From Candidatus Saccharimonadota bacterium (GTDB lineage Bacteria; Patescibacteriota; Saccharimonadia; Saccharimonadales; UBA4665), in contig CP025011.1 of assembly GCA_002952755.1 (NCBI GenBank), forward strand, positions 1,170,001 to 1,202,000: a stretch of DNA of 32,000 nucleotides, written 5' to 3'. The notes under the pieces are model-generated. The model was given only the letters and a program-made list of their open reading frames with translations, was not told the origin of the DNA and did not search any database. Made by a program: the position numbers and the translations under genes. Of this stretch, positions 1 to 6,142 are shown in pieces. How positions within the stretch are numbered: position 1 is the first letter of the stretch; each line of letters starts with the position of its first letter.

Positions 1-687
1 ACAGAAGCCACACCAACCCCTCCTGCAGCCTCGCCGCAACCACCAACGAGCAACAATGAAAGCAATCTTGCTGATGCCGTACAAGATCTTATTTCGAGCA
101 CCATACCAGCTGCTCCCATGCCTGCCGCTCCTCCCCCAGTAGCTGCACCAGCTGCTCCTGCCATGTCTATACCGGCGACGCCTACTGTTCCTCCAACTAC
201 AGCGATATCTCCACAACCGCCCGCAACCACGACTCCCGCAGTACCTGCGCCAAATCCTGCATTGACACCGGCTCCAGCTACTCCGGTAACTGCCGTACAA
301 GCAACTCCCGCAGCGCCACAACCAACTCAGCAGGCAGCGCCAGCCGTTTCCACACCCCCACCAGTAGTTTCGCCAGTCACCGCAGCACCCCCAGTCCAAC
401 CACCCGTAGAAACGCCATTGTCTTCAGCCGCCAGCGCTCCAGCTACAACCCCAAACGACGACAGCATCGCGATGTCTAAAAAGAAGATTATCTCACCAAT
501 AACCGATGGAAATGCGGCAGCGCCGACCGATCTGAGCAGCCTATTGGCCAAAGAAGGCATTAGCAATATCGACGATCCCGCACCAGCCGGCACCGTAACC
601 ACACCACATCCCCCTGGCCACGTCATCTCTCCTAACCCGGTAAATGCGAACGGTCAGCCAGTAGACCCCAATAGTATCGCTCTCTAG
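1..687 (+). CDS. Pro/Ala/Thr-rich low-complexity protein, C-terminal part (5' end lies outside the window)
   Basis: Frame 1 is open from base 1, with no stop before 685-687, so the ORF-track Met at 118 is internal. Composition is dominated by P/A/T/V. The last ~70 aa are more ordinary (MSKKKIISPITDG...). No recognisable domain. Confidence 0.55.
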   Translation, partial: TEATPTPPAASPQPPTSNNESNLADAVQDLISSTIPAAPMPAAPPPVAAPAAPAMSIPATPTVPPTTAISPQPPATTTPAVPAPNPALTPAPATPVTAVQATPAAPQPTQQAAPAVSTPPPVVSPVTAAPPVQPPVETPLSSAASAPATTPNDDSIAMSKKKIISPITDGNAAAPTDLSSLLAKEGISNIDDPAPAGTVTTPHPPGHVISPNPVNANGQPVDPNSIAL

Positions 688-696
688 GGGGCTCTG

Positions 697-1368
697 ATGA
701 GAATCAATAAATTTGTCGCACTCCATAGTGGCTTGTCGCGCCGTGCAGCAGATGCTGTTATTGCCCAAGGGAGGGTACTGATAAACGGCAACTATGTTCA
801 GGCAGGTCAGAATGTGAACCTAAAAGATGTAGTAACCTTGGACGGCCGAGCGCTTGCTGTTCAGCCCAAGCTACAAACCATCCTACTCAACAAACCCGAA
901 GGATATGTGGTGAGTCGGGATGGACAGGGCAGTGCGACTATCTACAATCTATTACCCCCAGAGCTGCATAACCTTAAACCGGTGGGGCGGCTCGACAAAG
1001 ACTCTTCCGGACTGCTTCTGCTTACCAACGATGGTCAACTCGCCCAGGAGCTCACACATCCCAAGTACCAAAAAACAAAAGTGTACGAAATTTCCCTAAG
1101 CTCGCCCCTCACGTCTACTCACCAGAAACAAATTGTCGAAGGCGGCGTTCACTTGGATGATGGTATAAGTAAGCTTGGCCTGCAAAGGCTAGAGCAGCAG
1201 GATGAACGGTCGTGGCGAGTCTCCATGCACGAAGGACGCAACCGCCAGATCCGCCGCACTTTCGGCTCGCTAGGGTACCAGGTGATCCGATTGCACCGAA
1301 CTCAATTTGGCACATATCAGCTGCCGGCAAGTTTAACGCCAGGCGAGTGGATTACTATTACTCCTTAA
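697..1368 (+). CDS. 16S/23S rRNA pseudouridine synthase, RsuA/RluB family, with N-terminal S4 domain
   Basis: S4-like N-terminus (MRINKFVALHSGLSRRAADAVIAQGRVLINGN). Catalytic-Asp motif GRLDKDSSGLLLLTNDG. C-terminal EGRNRQIRR motif typical of the family. GGGGG lies 6 nt upstream of the ATG. Confidence 0.9.
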   Translation: MRINKFVALHSGLSRRAADAVIAQGRVLINGNYVQAGQNVNLKDVVTLDGRALAVQPKLQTILLNKPEGYVVSRDGQGSATIYNLLPPELHNLKPVGRLDKDSSGLLLLTNDGQLAQELTHPKYQKTKVYEISLSSPLTSTHQKQIVEGGVHLDDGISKLGLQRLEQQDERSWRVSMHEGRNRQIRRTFGSLGYQVIRLHRTQFGTYQLPASLTPGEWITITP

Positions 1369-1439
1369 CCACAGTGCTAACATCTATGTAATAAAAACGC
1401 TATGGTTTCAAGTGGTCTTATCTGTTATACTGTGCCTAA

Positions 1440-2807
1440 ATGAGTAGTCAAAAAGTGCCGATTGTTGCTATCGTCGGGCGTGCCAATGTCGGCAAGTCCA
1501 GCCTGTTCAACACGATTTTAGAGCGTCGAGAAGCCATCGTCGCGCGCGAGGCTGGCACTACTCGCGATAGCATCATGGCGAAAGCCAGCTGGCAAGATCA
1601 GGATTTTTGGCTCGTAGACACCGCCGGCGTGAAAGATGCTGAGGACGATTTTGAGTTCACCATTCAGGAACAGATACTGCAGGCTACTGAGAGTGCTGAT
1701 GTTATTTGGGTAGTTGTCGAAGCTGACATCCCGATTACCGATGAAGACCGCCGTGTGGCTACGATGGCGCTCAAAAGCCGGAAGCCCGTATTTCTCATCG
1801 TCAACAAGGTAGACAAAGCCCGGGGACACGATCTGGATGCTTTTATGCGTCTGGGTATCAAGCCGATTATCCATACCGCTACCACCCAGCGACGGGGCAT
1901 CAGTCAGCTGCTCGATACGCTCGTAGAGGTAATCCCTAAAGCAAGTGTGCGCGAAGATGATGATCGATTACATATAGCCCTCATAGGCCGTCCTAACGTG
2001 GGCAAATCGGCCCTGTTTAATACCCTAGCCAAAAAACAGCAGGCTATTGTAGCCGACCGAGCCGGCACCACCCGCGACATTAACCGCACTATTGTGCGTT
2101 ACGAAGGTCGCGAAGTAGAGATCATGGACACCGCCGGTATTCGCCGCCCGGGCAAGATCGGGCAGGGGATTGAGCACTTCAGCATTGTACGTACGCTTAG
2201 TGCTATCGAGCAGGCCGATATTTGTTTCTTGCTGATGGATGTGAACGAACTGAACGTTGGCCTGGATCAACGCATTGCCGGCATTATTAAAGAAGCAGGC
2301 AAGGGCCTTGTGCTCGTGGTAAGCAAGTGGGATTCAGCCAAAGATAAAGACGCCTTTACCCGTGATGCCCTCGCCCCACAAATCGCCGCCACGTACGACT
2401 TTGTGCCATGGGCGCCACTCATCTTTACCAGCGCTATTGATGGCCAGAATGTTACCAAGCTATTCGAGCTGGCGCTCGAGATTGATATACGCCGCAAACA
2501 GCGCCTCACCACTTCAGAATTAAACCGGTGGCTGCGCGAATCAGTCGATAAGCACCCACCGGCCGGCCTCAAGAACCGGGCACCCAAACTTAACTACATC
2601 GTCCAAGAAGACGACAATCCCATACCCGCTTTTAAAGTCTTTGGCAGCCACACCAAGTTCCTGCACTGGAGTTACAAGCGCTTTTTGGAGCGCGAATTCC
2701 GCGAGCGTTATCAATACGAAGGTACTCCCGTGCAATTCTGGTTCATCGAAAAGCACGAAACGCACAAGCACGGCAACAGCCCCACTAAAGAACCTCGTAA
2801 GTATTAG
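1440..2807 (+). CDS. der: Ribosome-associated GTPase Der/EngA (two tandem GTPase domains plus KH-like C-terminal domain)
   Basis: Two P-loops (GRANVGKSSLFN and GRPNVGKSALFN). Two DTAG G3 motifs. NKVD and SKWD G4 motifs. Basic C-terminal tail. Confidence 0.95.
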   Translation: MSSQKVPIVAIVGRANVGKSSLFNTILERREAIVAREAGTTRDSIMAKASWQDQDFWLVDTAGVKDAEDDFEFTIQEQILQATESADVIWVVVEADIPITDEDRRVATMALKSRKPVFLIVNKVDKARGHDLDAFMRLGIKPIIHTATTQRRGISQLLDTLVEVIPKASVREDDDRLHIALIGRPNVGKSALFNTLAKKQQAIVADRAGTTRDINRTIVRYEGREVEIMDTAGIRRPGKIGQGIEHFSIVRTLSAIEQADICFLLMDVNELNVGLDQRIAGIIKEAGKGLVLVVSKWDSAKDKDAFTRDALAPQIAATYDFVPWAPLIFTSAIDGQNVTKLFELALEIDIRRKQRLTTSELNRWLRESVDKHPPAGLKNRAPKLNYIVQEDDNPIPAFKVFGSHTKFLHWSYKRFLEREFRERYQYEGTPVQFWFIEKHETHKHGNSPTKEPRKY

Positions 2808-2910
2808 GCCCAGCAACTTCCTCATTCAAGTAGAGCGTTACACGCAGGCCGACTAAAGTCGGTCTGGTTGCACTACGCTTGACTCTACTTGAAGGAGCGC
2901 GTTGCTGGGC
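2808..2910 (+). other. 103-nt rod-like nested hairpin starting 1 nt after the der stop; possible U-tract-less terminator, 3'UTR structure or MITE-like palindrome
   Basis: Three nested helices share a centre near 2859. The outer helix is gcccagcaac (2808-2817) with gttgctgggc (2901-2910), 10 bp perfect. The middle helix is ttcaagtagag (2825-2835) with ctctacttgaa (2883-2893), 11 bp perfect. The apical helix is gccgac-taaa-gtcggt (2848-2863). Confidence 0.5.
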
Positions 2911-2967
2911 GTCAAGATGTCGCTGGCTCTTACCGCTTAACCCCTCTTAAGGTATACTCATAGAGAT

Positions 2968-3609
2968 ATGGGACTATTTCAACGTCGTCCGCAGGCTGGC
3001 GAAACCATCCAGTATTACACGCTCGGGCAGAATAAAACCGTGCTGGTCGTAGGCCTGGGCAACCCCGGCAAAGAGTACGACGGTACGCGCCACAACATTG
3101 GCTTTGCCTGTCTCGATGCATTTGCCAAAGCCAACGACTTTGGGCCCTGGATTGATAAAAAGGACCTCAAATGCCAGCAGGCAACCGCCACGCTCGCCGG
3201 AACACGTGTGATCCTCATCAAGCCCACTACATTCATGAACTTAAGCGGCGACGCCGTGCAAGCCGTAGCTAATTTCTACAAAATTGCTGCAAGCAACCTA
3301 GTTGTCGTGCACGATGAGTTGGATATTCCGTTTGGCCAGATTCGCTTGCGTATAGGCGGTGGCAGCGCCGGGCATAACGGGCTCAAATCGATTATCAGCC
3401 ACCTCGGAGAAGGTTTTGCCCGCGTGCGCATCGGCATTGGCCCCAAAGAACCAGAGCAAATGGATAGCGCCGACTTTGTACTGGCCAAATTCAACGCCGG
3501 CCAATCGTCCCATATGAGCGAACTCACCCGCGAAGTCAGCGCCATACTTAGCGAGTATGCCTACGGCGGCGCGCAGCTCCCACAAGAAACCCGCAGTTTT
3601 ATCGTGTAA
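2968..3609 (+). CDS. pth: Peptidyl-tRNA hydrolase
   Basis: Signature LVVGLGNPGKEYDGTRHNIGF, later VVHDELD and GHNGLKS motifs. The ATG start gives a 24-aa N-terminal extension. An in-frame GTG at 3040 would give the canonical MLVVGLGNPG start. Confidence 0.92.
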   Translation: MGLFQRRPQAGETIQYYTLGQNKTVLVVGLGNPGKEYDGTRHNIGFACLDAFAKANDFGPWIDKKDLKCQQATATLAGTRVILIKPTTFMNLSGDAVQAVANFYKIAASNLVVVHDELDIPFGQIRLRIGGGSAGHNGLKSIISHLGEGFARVRIGIGPKEPEQMDSADFVLAKFNAGQSSHMSELTREVSAILSEYAYGGAQLPQETRSFIV

Positions 3610-3618
3610 TAGATAGTG

Positions 3619-4518
3619 CTACGAAATTAATTCGGCTGGGATAATTCCGTCTCTAATGACCAGACCATACGTGTTAATCTCGGCATTGTTGTCTGGATCT
3701 ATGTCTCTTGTGGCGTAGTCAAAATTAACTGCGGGTAGTCCTAAGGCGCCCAACTTATAAATGATTGCTAGTTGCTCGGCTGGGAGCGTTACTGTCACTT
3801 CACCAATTGATTCACCGCCAGCCTGTTCCCAGGCCGCGATACACGCCTCGCCAATTTTACCAACTTGATACCATTGCAGTTGATCCATGCGTACCATATC
3901 TGAAAAAAAGCGAGCCATGCCATCTATGTCATCTTCTTCTGACTTGAGCGTATCCACAGCATCTGCCAATGCAACAAGCATCTCCTCTGCGTCACCCGAA
4001 GGCTTGCCATATGCCCCGCCCAGCTGAAAATCAATGATACGGAGCTTGTAAGGATCGTCGGCGAGCTCCATGAGCCTATCGGTGTAGGTCTGCTGATACA
4101 CCCAACCCCCTCGTTCAGCAGCCAACTGGCCGCTTTCTCGGCGAATCATACTACCCTCAAGGCCATGAACGACCATTGCCGATCGCCGTGCCACCTGTTC
4201 ATACGAAGTTCCGTCTCTGAGACCAAGGTCAGCCGCCGTTCGAGCTCCAGTTAAATACACATTGACTGTTATATCTGTAGGCGTAGCGCCTAACCGATAA
4301 GCTTCATCAAAAAAGTCATAACCGCGCTGCAGGGAGTCGCTATTTCTTAGCTCCGGCGGCACATTTGTATTACCCAAAGCATCCCAGGTTCCCATAGGAC
4401 GGCGACTTTCAACAAATGGTATGTCAGTTATAGCGTAGGGCTGATAAAGCTGCAGGTTACCGTCAGCTCGTTCGTCTACCCATGTTTCTGGGGGGAGTAT
4501 CCGCCTCGCTTCACTCAT
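3619..4518 (-). CDS. Hypothetical cytoplasmic protein, 299 aa, no recognised domain
   Basis: Long ORF with ordinary composition. It has its own promoter-like TTGTAA-17 nt-TATAAT, with the ATG 7 nt after the -10. Convergent with pth, leaving only a 9-nt gap between the stops. Confidence 0.7.
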   Translation of the reverse strand: MSEARRILPPETWVDERADGNLQLYQPYAITDIPFVESRRPMGTWDALGNTNVPPELRNSDSLQRGYDFFDEAYRLGATPTDITVNVYLTGARTAADLGLRDGTSYEQVARRSAMVVHGLEGSMIRRESGQLAAERGGWVYQQTYTDRLMELADDPYKLRIIDFQLGGAYGKPSGDAEEMLVALADAVDTLKSEEDDIDGMARFFSDMVRMDQLQWYQVGKIGEACIAAWEQAGGESIGEVTVTLPAEQLAIIYKLGALGLPAVNFDYATRDIDPDNNAEINTYGLVIRDGIIPAELIS

Positions 4519-4525
4519 ACTATAT

Positions 4526-4554
4526 ATTATAGCATATTTATCATAGTATTACAA
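4526..4554 (-). promoter_or_regulatory. Promoter of the 299-aa gene; apparently leaderless
   Basis: On the minus strand, TTGTAA (4554-4549), a 17-nt spacer, then perfect TATAAT (4531-4526). The ATG at 4518 follows 7 nt later. Confidence 0.6.
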
Positions 4555-4555
4555 C

Positions 4556-4602
4556 AAAAAAGACCGGCGAGAGGGGGTGGGCACCGCTCGCCGGTCATTT
4601 TT
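4556..4602. terminator. Strong bidirectional intrinsic terminator
   Basis: A perfect 10-bp GC-rich stem, gaccggcgag (4562-4571) with ctcgccggtc (4587-4596), encloses a 15-nt loop. The loop can add a ggt/acc extension. An A6 run (4556-4561) gives U6 on the minus strand. A T5 run (4598-4602) gives the + strand tail. Confidence 0.8.
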
Positions 4603-4956
4603 GGGGATATCGTCGCCGATCTCCCCACTCCCTTCAACCCACCCCAGCGAAAGCGTCGAAACTAAAACTCCATAAAGTTCGCGCCGGTTGCGACAAGCAA
4701 CCATCCTTATCAGACACGCCAGCCCACAAAGAGGGCCTCCATAACCGTGAGGTCATAGGGGTCCCCGTAAAAACCAAAGTTAATACGAGGTTCAGTTAAA
4801 GGGGTTAGTATGTTTTAGAACGTCTGATTGCAAGCAATCAACGCCAATAGAAAAGTGGAGGGTAACAACTTGGTCTACGTGGCCGTTCTAAAACAATCTA
4901 ACAATTTGTTAGAATGGGGGATATAAGGTGCGTAAACGTATCGCGTACATTTACAG
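4556..4956 (-). ncRNA. Candidate ~400-nt structured non-coding RNA of unknown family
   Basis: Bounded by the consensus promoter at 4963-4991 and the terminator at 4556-4602. No ORF of 60 aa or more in any frame. Structural elements seen:
- a 9-bp hairpin at 4932-4954, starting right after the predicted TSS;
- a 17-nt perfect palindrome at 4897-4913;
- a 12-bp perfect long-range helix, 4811-4822 with 4884-4895;
- the hairpin GGTTGC-ttgtc-GCAACC at 4686-4702;
- a GCGA (GNRA)-capped hairpin at 4603-4626.
None of the conserved cores I know for tmRNA, RNase P or SRP RNA is present. Confidence 0.5.
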
Positions 4957-4962
4957 GATGCG

Positions 4963-4991
4963 ATTTTAGCATCATGTAGGGTGCCTGTCAA
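4963..4991 (-). promoter_or_regulatory. Near-consensus sigma-70-type promoter driving the candidate ncRNA
   Basis: On the minus strand, TTGACA (4991-4986), a 17-nt spacer (4985-4969), then TAAAAT (4968-4963). Predicted TSS near 4956. Confidence 0.65.
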
Positions 4992-5011
4992 TACTTTTTA
5001 CATAAATTTGT

Positions 5012-5875
5012 ATGAAATTCAACAAGCTTGTGCTTTCCACCTCTGATGTTCCGAATAAATTAGGGAACATTTCTTCGCCACCGAGACAGTTGTATATACT
5101 CGCTCAGAATGTTAAAGAACTATTTTCTCGACCCGCAGTAGCCGTGGTTGGCAGTCGTAAAGTCAGTAGCTATGGTAGGGCAGTTACGTCCAGTCTTGCT
5201 GGAGAATTGGCCAGGGCAGGGATTGTTATTATAAGCGGTTTAGCGCTCGGTGTCGATAGTATTGCTCATCAAGCCGCAATCGACGCTGGCGGAACGACGA
5301 TCGCCGTGCTGCCAAGCGGGTTGGGCCAGATATATCCAGCGACGCATCGGGGATTGGCTGAGGCCATCCTAGAACGGGGCGGGGCACTGATTACCGAATA
5401 TCCCGATGGCACACCTATAATGAAGCACAATTTTATCGCCCGCAATCGACTCATTTCCGGTCTTTCGGATGCCGTCCTCGTTACTGAGGCTGCTGCCAGG
5501 AGCGGCAGCCTGCATACCGCCGATTTCGCTCTTGAACAGGGAAGAACGGTATTGGCCATACCAGGAAATATCACCAGTGCAACATCGGCCGGCACGAACA
5601 ATCTCATCAAGAGCGGGGCGCTTACGGCCACCGAACCTGCCGATGTCCTGCGTGCCATTGGCATCGAACCCCTGCTTGCAGATCGTCCTGCCCCAAAAAG
5701 CAGTAATCCTAACGAACAGGTACTTTTAGACCTCCTCACATGCGGACTACAGGATGGCGCAGTATTATTAGAACAGAGTCGATTGGGGGTGAGTCTTTTT
5801 AATCAAAGCCTGACGATGCTCGAAATCCGTGGGCAGATTCGAGCACTCGGAAACAATCAATGGACGATACAATAG
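5012..5875 (+). CDS. dprA: DNA-processing protein A (DprA/Smf)
   Basis: Rossmann-like DprA core VAVVGSRKVSSYGRAVTSSLAGELARAGIVIISGLALGVDSIAHQAA...GTTIAVLPSGL...ARNRLISGLS. C-terminal winged-helix-like tail. Classic dprA-topA synteny. Confidence 0.9.
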   Translation: MKFNKLVLSTSDVPNKLGNISSPPRQLYILAQNVKELFSRPAVAVVGSRKVSSYGRAVTSSLAGELARAGIVIISGLALGVDSIAHQAAIDAGGTTIAVLPSGLGQIYPATHRGLAEAILERGGALITEYPDGTPIMKHNFIARNRLISGLSDAVLVTEAAARSGSLHTADFALEQGRTVLAIPGNITSATSAGTNNLIKSGALTATEPADVLRAIGIEPLLADRPAPKSSNPNEQVLLDLLTCGLQDGAVLLEQSRLGVSLFNQSLTMLEIRGQIRALGNNQWTIQ

Positions 5876-5879
5876 AGTT

Positions 5880-6053
5880 ATGAGCACTAAAGCACTGGTC
5901 TGGATCGGCATTTTTATCGGCTCAACCATCGGTGGATGGCTGGGGGCACTGCTAGCCCATGGGAATTGGCTGAGCTGGCAAAGTATCTTTGGTGGAGCGA
6001 TTGGCTCATTCGCCGGTATCTACGCTAGCTTCAAAAGCAGCCAGCTTTTCTAG
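5880..6053 (+). CDS. Small glycine-zipper membrane protein (57 aa, two predicted TM segments)
   Basis: The internal ATG at 5880 lies 4 nt after the dprA stop. Sequence is MSTKALVWIGIFIGSTIGGWLGALL...FGGAIGSFAGIYA, with GxxxG-type repeats. The ORF-track start at 5829 would overlap dprA. Confidence 0.55.
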   Translation: MSTKALVWIGIFIGSTIGGWLGALLAHGNWLSWQSIFGGAIGSFAGIYASFKSSQLF

Positions 6054-6142
6054 CCACTTTTTACTCATTCTTGCAAAAATGTTTGCGTTTTACGGCTTAC
6101 TTGCGTAGTATGGCGGTTACGTATAAGATACGTGAGATAAGC

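Noticed and set aside
2808-2910. tRNA gene between der and pth, suggested by a 7-10 bp acceptor-like terminal helix
   Set aside because: It is 103 nt long, has no D-loop GG or T-loop GTTCGAATC signature, and its apical loop is 4 nt rather than a 7-nt anticodon loop. The element is a simple rod-like palindrome that reads similarly on both strands.
4572-4590. T-box-like sequence GGGTGGGCACCGC on the + strand
   Set aside because: It resembles the T-box consensus GGGUGGUACCGCG but has an extra nucleotide in the UGGN bulge. It sits in the loop of the terminator hairpin rather than forming an antiterminator. No stem I or specifier structure lies upstream, where the sequence is antisense coding, and no aminoacyl-tRNA-related gene lies downstream on that strand.
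4740-4815. TPP-riboswitch-like stretch on the minus strand (ACCCCUUUAACUGAACCU...ACGGGGA)
   Set aside because: It shares only the UGAACCU segment. The CUGAGA element and the pyrimidine-sensor helix (GAUCUGGAUAAUGCCAGCG) are absent.
4556-4956. Possible tmRNA, RNase P RNA or SRP RNA in the ORF-free gap
   Set aside because: The length fits tmRNA or RNase P, and the minus strand contains GUUUCGACG plus a short Ala-starting frame. However, there is no GGGG acceptor 5' end, no T-arm (GGUUCGAnUCC) or CCA 3' end, no GAGGAAAGUCC or ACAGAAnnCGGCUUA (RNase P), and no GGAAGCAGCC (SRP). It is kept as an RNA of unknown family instead.
6071-6142. Upstream TTG start for topA given by the ORF track
   Set aside because: The extra 24 residues (MQKCLRFTAYLRSMAVTYKIREIS) precede the universally N-terminal Toprim strand MSKNLVIVESPAKAKT. 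The ATG at 6143 is the natural start.
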